Below are positions 1 through 10,542 of a DNA stretch of 64,000 bases, one piece after another. Both the position numbers and the translations under genes were made by a program. Where the stretch lies: the IMG/VR virus record IMGVR_UViG_3300032070_000002, positions 26,230-90,229 of that record; one strand, written 5' to 3'. Below the pieces are notes generated by a model, which saw nothing but the letters and a program-made list of their open reading frames with translations, searched no databases and was not told the DNA's origin. This DNA is from a virus. Each line of letters begins with the position of its first letter. Position 1 is the first letter of the stretch.

Positions 1-788
1 AAAATATACAATATAGGAAGTTTAAGGGTTTCCTATAGTAGAGTAGGAAAAGGAATTTGTATTAAGATTTTTGGTAGTATATTATCTATCTATTTTGATT
101 TAGAATTAAGTCAAGGATGGAACAAATGCGATTAACTTTAAAAGAGTTAAAAGAAGAATTATATAGTTACTGGGGAGATGTAGGAAACGGTATAGTAGTT
201 TTCTTTCCGGAAAATAAGTTTTTTAAATTTATAAACGATTCCGGTTTTATAAAAGTTCAATTTAACGACGGTATCCTTTCAAAAGCAAAACTTAAAATGG
301 ACGACTATTATAAAAAATACGGCGCCCGAGTTGCTAATCAAATATGGGAAGAGGAAAATTTAGGAAGTGGTCAATGGCTAAAGAGGTTTGCAGTTATGAG
401 TATAGAGGAATACTTTAATAAGCTTATATGGTCTTACGAAATGGTTCACCCGATATTTAATTTAATAAGACAAATGAAGGAATTAGGCGAGTTAGAGGTG
501 ATAATTGAAAGTTAAATTTACTTGTAAAAATAGTCATTATTTTGAGAAAACAGAAGAAGAAATAAAAAATACTAATCAGCCTTTTAGATATTGTTTTTGC
601 GGCGAAAAGTTAAGTGTTCAAAATATAGAGGAAATAGTAATTTTAGATATACAAAATTCAATTGTAGAGCATACTACTAATAGAATAGTAAAATTAGGAT
701 TAGAGGGTTTTGTTGAGGCGGTAGAACATTTACAAGACGGAAAAATAAAAGAGTTATATAGGGAAGAATTAAAGAGGAGAGGAATAAA

Positions 789-1313
789 ATGGATGAAATA
801 ATTAATACAGAAAAGAAAGAGGAACAAATTATAAAGGAAGAAATTCCCGTTATAGAGCCTGTAGTAGAAACTAAACAACCGGAAGAAGTAAACTATATAG
901 ATAACGGCTGTCTTCATTTTAACTTTTGTAAAAGTGTTATAGTAAAAGGTTTACCGAATAGATGTTGTCATAACCCGTCTTATTTTATGGATAAACTAGG
1001 CAGACAATGTAATTTACTATCTCCCTGGTATCCGCCTAAAGAAGTTAAAAAGATAAAGGATTTAGTAGAGGGAGAAGGAGTAACCACTAATACAAACGTA
1101 CCTACTAATGAAAATAAGGATACTACTATTGTTAATACAATTAAAGATAATAAACCTAAGGTTAGTAGACTAGGAAGGATTAGAGAATTACTAAAGGAAA
1201 ATAAGTTAGACGTAGAAATAGTAGAAATAGTTAAAAAAGAGTTCCCGGATGCATCGCCTTCTATTATAAAAGGGCAGATTTACTTAGCGAGAAAGGCGGC
1301 TAGTAATGGATAA
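789..1313 (+). CDS. Hypothetical protein; Cys-rich middle and C-terminal helical domain paralogous to 15417..15647
   Basis: C-terminal SRLGRIRELL..EIVEIVKKEFPDA...IKGQIY aligns with SRLGRIKGLL..EIVEVIKAKFPDA...VRGQIY. Confidence 0.6.
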   Translation: MDEIINTEKKEEQIIKEEIPVIEPVVETKQPEEVNYIDNGCLHFNFCKSVIVKGLPNRCCHNPSYFMDKLGRQCNLLSPWYPPKEVKKIKDLVEGEGVTTNTNVPTNENKDTTIVNTIKDNKPKVSRLGRIRELLKENKLDVEIVEIVKKEFPDASPSIIKGQIYLARKAASNG

Positions 1314-1800
1314 ACTACAATCTTTAGTAAACGAATACTTACAATTTAAAAGTAATGAGTTACTAGAAAAAATTATAATTCTTTTAAAACCCTTTATTAA
1401 ATACAAGGCAAAAAGAATTAGCGACATATCTAAAACAGAATTTAAGGATATAGAGCAGGAGTTATTTATAGTATTATTAAAGAGAATAAAAAGTTATGAT
1501 AAAAATAAAAGTAAGTTTATTACTTACCTATTTAATAGTATGAAGGGAGACCCTACGGGTACGCTACAAAGTTTAACAAGAAAGAAACGAGGAGGTAATG
1601 GAGAGAGGAAATTTTTAATTCCTATCTCTTTAAGTGAAATATTAAATAGGGATTCCGATAATAAAGAAATAAATTTTGAAAATAGTTTACATACTTCTAT
1701 TAACATCCGAGATGAAATAGAGAAAAAAGATATACGTGAGTTAATAGAAAAATACGGATTTAAAAGAGCAAAAGAAATACTACAAGAGGAGATAAAATAA
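1306..1800 (+). CDS. Sigma70-family factor, region 2(-3) only
   Basis: KPFIKYKAKR...DIEQELFIVLLKRIKSYDKNKSKFITY (region 2 pattern D..QE....L..A...YD...KF.TY) and ISL; no region-4 HTH. Confidence 0.7.
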   Translation: MDKLQSLVNEYLQFKSNELLEKIIILLKPFIKYKAKRISDISKTEFKDIEQELFIVLLKRIKSYDKNKSKFITYLFNSMKGDPTGTLQSLTRKKRGGNGERKFLIPISLSEILNRDSDNKEINFENSLHTSINIRDEIEKKDIRELIEKYGFKRAKEILQEEIK

Positions 1801-2062
1801 TGGGCGCATTTAAAGATTCTTTTACAACTTCTGCAAAACAGAAGATAGCTGCAATCCATAGTAAAATGGATAAAGATTTAGGATTTAGTGAACCCTCTAA
1901 AGTAGAGAAGAAAAAGATACGGTATGTAAAATCTAATTCTTTAACGCCTTTACAGTGTATGAATTGTAAATATAAACCTACTATGGATTGGGTAAAAAGG
2001 ATTAGGCAACAAGGAGAACATTTTACGTGTAACGATAAGGTAGTTTCTACTTAAAAAATAAG

Positions 2063-2091
2063 TTGACAAACCCTCAAAAATATGTTATACT
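2063..2091 (+). promoter_or_regulatory. Host sigma70-type promoter
   Basis: TTGACA (2063-2068), 17 bp spacer, TGn-TATACT (2086-2091), intergenic, upstream of AGGAGG RBS of 2133. Confidence 0.85.
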
Positions 2092-2132
2092 ATATATAAG
2101 AGTTAAGGAAGTATAACATAAGGAGGTAAGAA

Positions 2133-2831
2133 ATGAATAACTTCTTTCTACATTATATAGGCTCTCGTTTATATCCCAAAGAAGTCTTTATTAAGGAAGC
2201 CGAGAAATTTGGAGTAAATAGATGCCTTCCTCTAAAGATAATAAAAAAATTCTCCTGGGGAGATAGGATATTATTGGCTACTTTTATACCGCAGAAAGTA
2301 GATATTATTGAACAACAGGTATTGATTAATGGGAAATTAGAAAAATATGATGGTAGAAAAAACAGAAAAGGCGGCAAAGGCGAGGTTTTTGGTTATTTTG
2401 ATATAAGAGGGCTTAATTTAATCGCCTCTAATGAATTTAAGACAGCCTTGACCTCTCAATTAAATATAATAAGCACAAAGGAAGTTAATCAAGGCGTGCA
2501 AAGACAGTGCGGCAGTTATGTTATTTCTTCTGCTCATACTGTTACGGATAGTATAGCGGATATTATTAAGAAGGCAGAAATATTAAGCAAAGAGAAACAA
2601 GAGAAAGTTAAATTTTTTGTAACAGGAAAATTTTATCCTTTAACAGCGATTATTGATAATGCTACTTTTACCAGAACAATTATTGAAGTAGAAATTACAG
2701 AAGAATTAAAACCTGGAGATATAATAAACGAAACTGTTATTGGAATGATTGAGAATTATAATAAGAGGGCATATATTAAGACCCACGAAAAGAGAGGGAG
2801 ACCGAGAAAAAATGAAAATAAAATGCGGTAG
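2133..2831 (+). CDS. Hypothetical protein (first gene after sigma70 promoter)
   Basis: 232 aa ORF with AGGAGG RBS; no family recognised. Confidence 0.6.
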   Translation: MNNFFLHYIGSRLYPKEVFIKEAEKFGVNRCLPLKIIKKFSWGDRILLATFIPQKVDIIEQQVLINGKLEKYDGRKNRKGGKGEVFGYFDIRGLNLIASNEFKTALTSQLNIISTKEVNQGVQRQCGSYVISSAHTVTDSIADIIKKAEILSKEKQEKVKFFVTGKFYPLTAIIDNATFTRTIIEVEITEELKPGDIINETVIGMIENYNKRAYIKTHEKRGRPRKNENKMR

Positions 2832-3067
2832 ACACGAATACGAATTAAAAATCGGAGATTGTATGTTAGATAATGGGGCTTGTTATCAATTTTGTCCCAA
2901 AGACAATTCTGAACTTCCCTGGGGAACTTGGCATCAGTTTTCAAGTGTAAAAATATCTAAAAAAGAATTTAAACGGCTCATTAAATTGTCTAATTGGGAA
3001 ATAAGACAAAGTAAACAATATTCTTTTTGCACTTATTATTATTGGAGAGAATAAAAAGGAGGATTAA

Positions 3068-3970
3068 ATGAAAAAAACAATTTTTTGGTTAGTAATAATT
3101 GGGATATTATTATTTACTTCTTTGGGATATTGTGCTAATTATAATGTGCAAAGTAATATACCACAAAATAATCAAGGATATATTTTTATTAGCACTGGAC
3201 AGAAACAAGGCGGAACGGAAATAGGCACTTGGACAGACCCAACTACAATACCAACTTTAAAGGGCGATAAGGGAGACCAGGGAATTCAAGGTATAGCCGG
3301 AATAGGTATTGATGGAAAGGATGGTTATACTCCTGTTAAGAATATTGATTATTTTGATGGAGTAAATGGGGCAGATGGTTTAAATGGAAAAGATGTTGAC
3401 TCCACTACTGTTACTAATTTACAAAATGAAGATATTACACTTCAAGATAATATAAATATAGAGCAATTTGACCGAATTCAAATGGGAAGTAATTTACAAG
3501 ACAATATCAATATAGTAGATACTGATAGTCAGAATAGGAATATTAGTTTACAAAATAATCTCAATAACGAAACGATTATTAGAAGTAACAAAGATACTCA
3601 ATTACAAAATAATATTAATACTGTTAATTCAAGAGTGGACGAAGTGAGCAATAGAGTATCTAAACTTGAAAGAACTCAATTTGTTTTAGAAACTTCTTTT
3701 AGGATTTTAGATACTAAACGAATAACTTTAAGACCTTTCTTTAGAGAAAATTTAACAAGGAATAAACTTGATATAGTAGGTTTAAAGGTTGATATTAAGT
3801 TAGGGCAAAGCTACGAAGAAAAATTAATTAAAAAGGTAAATGCGAGATTGGATTTATTGGAAAAAGTAATTGGTAATGCTCCGGTAATTGAAAAAGTAAT
3901 AGATAATAAAGGCAATGTTAAATCTATTTCTATTACGGGAAATGGATTAAAGGTTGAGGGAAAGTTTTAA
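3068..3970 (+). CDS. Exported collagen-like / coiled-coil protein
   Basis: Signal peptide MKKTIFWLVIIGILLFTSLGYCA; GXY repeats GDKGDQGIQGIAG, GIDGKDG, GVNGADGLNGKD; LQ(D/N)NIN heptads; C-terminal Phe. Confidence 0.65.
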   Translation: MKKTIFWLVIIGILLFTSLGYCANYNVQSNIPQNNQGYIFISTGQKQGGTEIGTWTDPTTIPTLKGDKGDQGIQGIAGIGIDGKDGYTPVKNIDYFDGVNGADGLNGKDVDSTTVTNLQNEDITLQDNINIEQFDRIQMGSNLQDNINIVDTDSQNRNISLQNNLNNETIIRSNKDTQLQNNINTVNSRVDEVSNRVSKLERTQFVLETSFRILDTKRITLRPFFRENLTRNKLDIVGLKVDIKLGQSYEEKLIKKVNARLDLLEKVIGNAPVIEKVIDNKGNVKSISITGNGLKVEGKF

Positions 3971-3997
3971 TTAAAAAATTAGAGGCAGAAATTAAAA

Positions 3998-4570
3998 ATG
4001 AATAAAAAATATAAATTTATCAAGATTAAAGCAAATTATTTAGGAGATAAAGACAATACATATTGGGCTTTATTAGTAGAAAATATGATTGATTTATTTC
4101 GTTATTTTGAAGCAAAAAACCCTCAATTAGTTAAAGCATATTTTGAAATTAAAAAGAAAAAATCTTTTGGGCATTGTATAGGAAATGAACAAGTAGCAGT
4201 AGAAACATTATTTATTGCTGATAATAATAGTAAAACAGTTGCAGACGATATAATCATTATTAGTGATACATTTTCTAAACCAAAAATAAGGGAAATAATA
4301 AATGGAAATAAATTAATAATAAATCCATCCGGTATTGGATTTTGTAGGTTTGATGAAAAATATCACACAATATTACAAACAATAGAGTCGGATGATTTTA
4401 ATTTTCCTTGTAATGTAGATTATGACGATATTATAGTTAAACAATGGCAAAATGGAAAACATTGGTATGTTAGAGTAGGACAATACGATTTACCGGATAA
4501 ATATTTTAGTTACGAATTAGGATTTAAAGCGGGTAAAGAATATTTAGAAAGGAAATTAAATGGCGTTTAA
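3998..4570 (+). CDS. Hypothetical protein
   Basis: 190 aa ORF in operon context. Confidence 0.5.
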   Translation: MNKKYKFIKIKANYLGDKDNTYWALLVENMIDLFRYFEAKNPQLVKAYFEIKKKKSFGHCIGNEQVAVETLFIADNNSKTVADDIIIISDTFSKPKIREIINGNKLIINPSGIGFCRFDEKYHTILQTIESDDFNFPCNVDYDDIIVKQWQNGKHWYVRVGQYDLPDKYFSYELGFKAGKEYLERKLNGV

Positions 4571-4931
4571 AGTAGCTTTAGTAACTTATAAATCTGGCGT
4601 AATACCCCTTAAATCTTTTGAGACAAAAGATGAAGCGGATAACTATATTCTTGAAACAGCCGAAAAGGAAGGCGGTGTAAAGACCGGATATATTGAAGAT
4701 ACTGAAACAAAAGAAAAAGAAAAGATAGAGGAACTTAAGTAATGTTAAATAATAATCAAGCGATTTTAATTCATAAATACGTTAAGAAGATAAGATGTAA
4801 TACTTTAGTCACTTTATCAGAAGAAAGAGCAGAAGAATGGATTAAGGAAAATAGCGTAAAAGGAATAACTTATATAAAAGAAGTAGTTTGGTTAATTAAA
4901 TAATGAGTTATAATTAAGATAGAGGCATTTA

Positions 4932-5663
4932 ATGCGTGAATTTTTTGCTATATCTATTTTAGGATTAAATCAAAATGAAATGCTTCTTACTCAACTCCTT
5001 CTTTCTTCTCAAGGAGAAATTCCCGGTAAAAATTTAAGGATATTATTAAATATTAATAAGGACCAATTATTTGAAATATTAGAAAAACTTGTTCAACGAA
5101 ACATAATTGGATATTCTAATAATCCTTCTAACGAAACCCTTACTTATATAAGAGCGGGAGAGGGCGGTTATGTATTAAATAGAAATTATAATATGTGGAT
5201 TCCCGAGGCTAATTCTATCTTTTATAAATTATGTAAACTTTTAGATTACCGATGTAATCAACAATCCTATCAAACTATTTTAAATGATTTTAGTATTAAT
5301 CAAAACTTACCTATTAATATTATTAAAAAGGAAGTAAATCAAATAACTCCTTACGAACTTTTCGGCTTATTTTGTCTTCTATATAAGAAGGTATTAGGTA
5401 AGGAATACAAACCTTTAAATAATGCTAAAGATTTAGCAACATTAAAAAGTATAATTTATGAATTTAGTTATAAGAATATAAAGGATAAATATATTAAGGA
5501 ATTTATTGATTGGGTATTTAGAGTAAAAGCAAGAAGTTTTAAATCGGATTTAATAATTGGTTGGTTACCATTATGTTTGAAAGATTATTTAAGTAGTATG
5601 CCTACTGAAAAAGACGTTCCGGGTTTTGTAAGAGACGAAGAAGGCAGATTACGGAAAGTATGA
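4932..5663 (+). CDS. Putative replication initiator / wHTH protein
   Basis: wHTH-like N-terminus (LRILLNINKDQLFEILEKLVQRNII); ATGA-coupled to primase-helicase. Confidence 0.35.
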   Translation: MREFFAISILGLNQNEMLLTQLLLSSQGEIPGKNLRILLNINKDQLFEILEKLVQRNIIGYSNNPSNETLTYIRAGEGGYVLNRNYNMWIPEANSIFYKLCKLLDYRCNQQSYQTILNDFSINQNLPINIIKKEVNQITPYELFGLFCLLYKKVLGKEYKPLNNAKDLATLKSIIYEFSYKNIKDKYIKEFIDWVFRVKARSFKSDLIIGWLPLCLKDYLSSMPTEKDVPGFVRDEEGRLRKV

Positions 5664-7885
5664 AAGTAAAAAACCTAAATAATGTAATAGAACAATTGAA
5701 ACCTTTCTTAAAGGATTATTTAGAAACCCAAGGAACGGAATTTACGCGTTCTCATTTTACTTGTCCAAATAGGGTATGGCATAAAAATAATGACGCTAAA
5801 CCGTCCTGTGCATTTTACCCGGATGAAAGTTCTTTTCATTGCTTTTCCTGCGGGAAAAACGGATCTATCTTTGATGCAGCTAACTTACTTGAAGGGTTAC
5901 CCTTAGAAGGAAGTGAGTTTATAGAAACCGTAGTAGAATTAGCAAAACGATTTAATATTACCGTAGAGATAGAAGAAGACTCTGTAGATAAATATCAAAC
6001 AAAATTAAAAACATTACTAGAATTAGTAAGGGATGTAGCCTATAAGACTTATTTAAGTAATAATGAAATAAGGGAATACGTAAAGAAAAGAGGCGTAAGT
6101 GAAATAGAAGATAAAGTTAAATTTGGATATCTTAAATACGATTCCTTACTTCCTTTTCTTACTACTAAAGGATATACTGAAAACGATATAAAAGAAGCGG
6201 GTTTATTTAGAGAGTTATTAAATGAAAGATTAATTATACCTATATACGATTCTTTTAATAGATTAGTAGCGTTTGGAAGTAGAAAAATTAAAGAGGATCA
6301 ATCGGAAAGGTATTATTTATCCTCCACTTGTCAAGTATATAAAAAGTCTGAAATTTTATTTAATTTTAATAATTCAAAACAATATGAAACAATTTATATA
6401 GTAGAAGGATTTTTAGATGCCTTTCAATTAATTAAAAATGGTATTCCCAATGTTGTAGCAGTTTGCGGAGATGCTATATCGTATAAACATATAAGGTTAT
6501 TAGTAAAATATAAAGTTAAAAAAGTTATACTTTTATTTGATAGCGATAACGCGGGAAAAGAGGCTACCAAGAGTGCTATATCGGCTTTATCTAAAACCCC
6601 GGAGCTAGAGGTATATATTAAGGAATTATCGGATGCTAAAGACCCGGACGAATATCTATTGAAGTACGGAAAAGATAAGTTTTTACAGCTTCCGGAAAGT
6701 TCTATGTTTGACTATAAACTTAAAAAATATATAGATTCAAACTTAGATAAGAATTTAAAGGAAGACCTTTTACAATTTATTTCGGAAGAACAAAGTTTTA
6801 TTGAAAAAGAACATATGTGTAAAAAGTTAGCAAAGGCGGCTAGTGTAAAAACGGAAACGGTATTGAGTGAAATAGAAAGAATAGAAAAAGTAAAGTTAGG
6901 AGATTACGGAGTAACTACTTCTGATATAGTAAATGAAAAAGATACTTTAAATAAAGAAATATTTTTATTTGAAAGTTGGTCGGAAAGTAGAGGAAAATTA
7001 TTAGGACTAAATATTGCACAATGGCCTATAATGACTGAAAAATTAGACGGTTTTCAAAATGCGTTATTTATAGTTGCAGCGGAAGAGAATACGGGTAAAT
7101 CGGCATTAACTTGTTCGTTATCTTTAAATTTAGCATTATCTAATCCGGGTAAAGTTTTTATATTATATTTTGGATTAGATGTAAGTAATAGAACAATGAT
7201 AGCTAGAATGGTAGCTAATTTATCGGGTCTGCCTATTAATACTGTTTCAAATCCTAAATATAAAATTTTAGAAAATCCTACTATAATAAATAAAGAAGAG
7301 TTAATGAAAATAAGGGAAGAAAAAATAAATCAAATTAGATTATTATCGGATACTATTTCTATTAAGGATGAAAAAACTATAAGATCGATAGAGGATATGG
7401 AAAGATTAATTAAGGTATATTTAAAAGCATATGAAGGAAAACAATTAGTCGTAATAATAGATAGTTTAAATCAAATGCATACAGCGGTTAAAAAAGAGAC
7501 GCGTGATATTTATATGTATATTTCGGATAAACTAAAGGAGTGGACTGTAAAATTTGATATCCCGGTTATAGCTATTTCAGAATTAAGAAAATTAGCACAC
7601 CCGGGAATGAGGCCTACTAATGATGATATAAAGGAAGTAAGCGATTTAAAATATGATGCGGATGTTACGATTTTACTTTATAATGAACTTCATTCAAAAA
7701 GGGATTCTTCTACAAGAACTTTTATAGGAGAAGGAGGCATAGTTTATCCTATAGTAGAATTAATATTTTATAAAAATAAAACGTCGGAATTTAAAGGAAC
7801 ACTCTTTTATAAATTTTATACGGATACAAGTCGCATAGAGGAATGTACTATTGAAGAAATGAGAAAGTATTGGAGTGAAAGATGA
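5660..7885 (+). CDS. DnaG-type primase / DnaB-type helicase fusion
   Basis: Zn finger CP..H...PS...FHCFSCG; Toprim IVEGFLD and LFDSDNAG, KDPDE; helicase Walker A NTGKS, IIDSL, ISEL, YDADV, KNK. Confidence 0.9.
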   Translation: MKVKNLNNVIEQLKPFLKDYLETQGTEFTRSHFTCPNRVWHKNNDAKPSCAFYPDESSFHCFSCGKNGSIFDAANLLEGLPLEGSEFIETVVELAKRFNITVEIEEDSVDKYQTKLKTLLELVRDVAYKTYLSNNEIREYVKKRGVSEIEDKVKFGYLKYDSLLPFLTTKGYTENDIKEAGLFRELLNERLIIPIYDSFNRLVAFGSRKIKEDQSERYYLSSTCQVYKKSEILFNFNNSKQYETIYIVEGFLDAFQLIKNGIPNVVAVCGDAISYKHIRLLVKYKVKKVILLFDSDNAGKEATKSAISALSKTPELEVYIKELSDAKDPDEYLLKYGKDKFLQLPESSMFDYKLKKYIDSNLDKNLKEDLLQFISEEQSFIEKEHMCKKLAKAASVKTETVLSEIERIEKVKLGDYGVTTSDIVNEKDTLNKEIFLFESWSESRGKLLGLNIAQWPIMTEKLDGFQNALFIVAAEENTGKSALTCSLSLNLALSNPGKVFILYFGLDVSNRTMIARMVANLSGLPINTVSNPKYKILENPTIINKEELMKIREEKINQIRLLSDTISIKDEKTIRSIEDMERLIKVYLKAYEGKQLVVIIDSLNQMHTAVKKETRDIYMYISDKLKEWTVKFDIPVIAISELRKLAHPGMRPTNDDIKEVSDLKYDADVTILLYNELHSKRDSSTRTFIGEGGIVYPIVELIFYKNKTSEFKGTLFYKFYTDTSRIEECTIEEMRKYWSER

Positions 7886-8565
7886 TGTGTAATAAGGGAC
7901 AAGAATTTAATGTGACAAATGATATTTGCCTTAAATGTGATAATTTTAGGGAGTGTAGTTTTTTTAAAACATTTAAGGAATTAGAAAATAAGTCTTTAAA
8001 CATTCCAAAAATATTAGGAGTAACGGATAAAGGAAAATTTCAAATAGAGTATACCGAAATAAAAGAAATAGCATTAAGTCAAAATAAAAATTCTAAATAT
8101 TATAAGGGAGATAAAATTACAGAAAATGAAGTAAAAGATTTTCAAATAACATTAGGTTTAGTAAATACGATAGACGATATTATTAACATAATAAGGAGGT
8201 ATTAAATGAAGAAACTTAATAAGTTTGAAAACGTAGCATTTAATTGTTTACGGAAGTTATTCGGATTTAATAAAGCGTTAAATATAATGAGAAAATTTTG
8301 GAGAGGATATTTTAGATTACAATATCTTCCTAAATCGCTATACTATAGCGTAGTAATATTTTATTATAAATCGTGTATTCTTCTTATTAAAAAGGTAGGT
8401 ATATAAAATGAAAATACAAATATACTCTATAATGTATAGAAACTTAAAAAATGTATTCACATTTTTACACGGTACGAAGAATGGTAAAGAATGCATAATA
8501 GGAGAGTGTCACGGTTCTTTATGGAATACTATAAAACTTATATTAAAAGTTTGGAGGACGAAAAC

Positions 8566-8937
8566 GTGAAAATTCAAACAGAAGTAAAATTAGATTCTGC
8601 TCATAGATTACCGAACTATATTGGCAAGTGTGCTAATTTGCACGGGCATACTTGGAAGATAGTAATTACGGTAGATGCAGAAGTTTTAGATATAAACGAA
8701 TTTGCGGTAGATTTTGTAAAGGTAAAAGAAGTAATGAATAAATACGACCACACCTACTTAAATAATTTTATAGAAAATCCTAATGCGGAAAATTTAGCTT
8801 ATAAGTTTGCTAATGAGATAAAGGAATTAGGTAATCAATATATGGAAGGAACCGCAAGTCCGATAGGAAATAGATTTAACTACGTGACAGTTAAAGTGTA
8901 TGAAAGCGAGGTTAGTTTTGCTGAGGTCACAATATAG
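8566..8937 (+). CDS. queD: 6-carboxy-5,6,7,8-tetrahydropterin synthase
   Basis: SAHRL...CANLHGHTW, DHTYLN, AENLA, VYE; likely start is GTG 8566 (GGAGG RBS, GTGA overlap with small upstream ORF 8408..8569). Confidence 0.92.
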   Translation: MKIQTEVKLDSAHRLPNYIGKCANLHGHTWKIVITVDAEVLDINEFAVDFVKVKEVMNKYDHTYLNNFIENPNAENLAYKFANEIKELGNQYMEGTASPIGNRFNYVTVKVYESEVSFAEVTI

Positions 8938-8949
8938 GGAGGGTAAATA

Positions 8950-9438
8950 ATGAAATACAAACTAACAAATGTAACAAAGGTATGGTGTGGAATAACCTTG
9001 CATCAGATTGAGGCGACTATTTCTTTTGGTGGTATATCTAAAGGCGATAAGGGGGGATATATAGAAAAAGAAAATAATTTAGACCAATCTGGCGACGCTT
9101 GGGTGTCTGACAACGCTCGGGTGTCTGGCAACGCTTGGGTGTATGGCAACGCTCAGGTGTATGGCGACGCTTGGGTGTATGGCAACGCTTGGGTGTCTGA
9201 CAACGCTTGGGTGTCTGACAACGCTCGGGTGTCTGACAACGCTCGGGTGTATGACAACGCTTGGGTGTATGGCAATGCTCAGGTGTATGGCGACGCTTGG
9301 GTGTATGGCAAATTAAAACTTACTTTTGGGTACTTTTTTGGAATACGCTTTAAAAAAGAAAAAATAAAATATGTAAAATTAGATGATAATAATGAGATTA
9401 TTTGTAAGGGGGATATAAAGTTTGAGGAACTTAAATAA
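8950..9438 (+). CDS. Phage hexapeptide-repeat (left-handed beta-helix-like) protein
   Basis: [14 protein letters not shown] followed by (V[SY][GD][ND]A[WRQ])x12. Confidence 0.85.
   Translation: MKYKLTNVTKVWCGITLHQIEATISFGGISKGDKGGYIEKENNLDQSGDAWVSDNARVSGNAWVYGNAQVYGDAWVYGNAWVSDNAWVSDNARVSDNARVYDNAWVYGNAQVYGDAWVYGKLKLTFGYFFGIRFKKEKIKYVKLDDNNEIICKGDIKFEELK
9091..9306 (+). repeat. 12 x 18-bp coding tandem repeat
   Basis: Unit g[ga]c[ga]a[ct]gct(tgg/cgg/cag)gtgt[ca]t; 216 bp. Confidence 0.95.
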
Positions 9439-10109
9439 CCTATGCCTAACCCCGGAGGCTCACAATGAATGAATTACGGGAAGCGATTGAGGTATTAGAG
9501 CAACTTTATAATATCAGAATGGGGCAATGTGGTTATATGCCACCATACGAAACGAGTAAAGAGGCAAAGGCATTACAGCTTGCTATTTCCTTCCTCCAAG
9601 TTTTAGAGGGCAAGGGGATGCCGGAGTTTCATTCAGTTAAGGATAATTATACTTCTTTTGAAAAATATACCGAATGTGAACATAAGAAGATTGATGCACT
9701 CGGAAATAATTGCCAAGCGTGTGATATTGCCTGGCTTATAGAAAGATGCAAATGTTTAGAAAAAACTATTAAAGAATATAATGTCTACCACGCCAAACTC
9801 CAAGCAGAATGGCGGGAGAAGGCGGGGGTGGAGAAGATAGAGAAAATAATAGAAGAAAATGACGAATTTCCTAATATGTCTATTCAAACATTAAGAGATT
9901 TAAATGTAAATAATTTATTAGCATATAATCCAAAAAGATTAGCCCAAGCCCTATCTGATTACCTGGAGGTAAAGTGAGTATGGAGAATAAAATGATGCAA
10001 TGTAGTATTTGTAAAGAATTTTTTAATCCCGCAATGTTATCAGAAGTATTTGAACACGAACATAGTAATATATCTACAGATAAAGAATACTACGGAAAGA
10101 AAGTAGAAA

Positions 10110-10541
10110 ATGAAAAAAATTAAGTATACTTGGCAAGAATTTGATAAAGATGTAATACTTTTAATTAGAAGGATTAAGTACTCAAAATTTCAGCCGGAAA
10201 CCTTAGTCTGTCTAGCTACAGGCGGTTGCCCTCTAGGTACAAAATTACATAATAGATTAGAAAAACCCCTAACAATTATAAGTGTAAAAAGTTACGAGGA
10301 TACTAAACAGGGTGCGATACTTTTAAATAGTTCCTATACCGTTCCTTTAAGGTCTCCGGTTTTATTATTAGATGATGTGGCGGACTCCGGAAAAACTATA
10401 CAATTAGTAAAATCACATTTAGAGTTGGGAGGAGTAGAAGTAAGGACGGCTACACTGTTTTATAAAGAACATTCTGTAATTAAACCCGATTGGTATATTC
10501 ATAAAATAAGTGAGGAATGGCTAATTTTTCCTTGGGAGTAA
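10110..10541 (+). CDS. Purine phosphoribosyltransferase (Gpt/Hpt-like, type I PRTase)
   Basis: LATGG, PRPP-binding VLLLDDVADSGKT, C-terminal WLIFPWE. Confidence 0.9.
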   Translation: MKKIKYTWQEFDKDVILLIRRIKYSKFQPETLVCLATGGCPLGTKLHNRLEKPLTIISVKSYEDTKQGAILLNSSYTVPLRSPVLLLDDVADSGKTIQLVKSHLELGGVEVRTATLFYKEHSVIKPDWYIHKISEEWLIFPWE

Positions 10542-10542
10542 T

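Noticed and set aside
8491-8565. N-terminal extension of QueD in the ORF track
   Set aside because: RBS and GTGA coupling point to GTG 8566 as the start
9091-9306. CRISPR array or DGR variable repeat
   Set aside because: No spacers; it is an in-frame hexapeptide repeat, and no reverse transcriptase or cas gene is in the window
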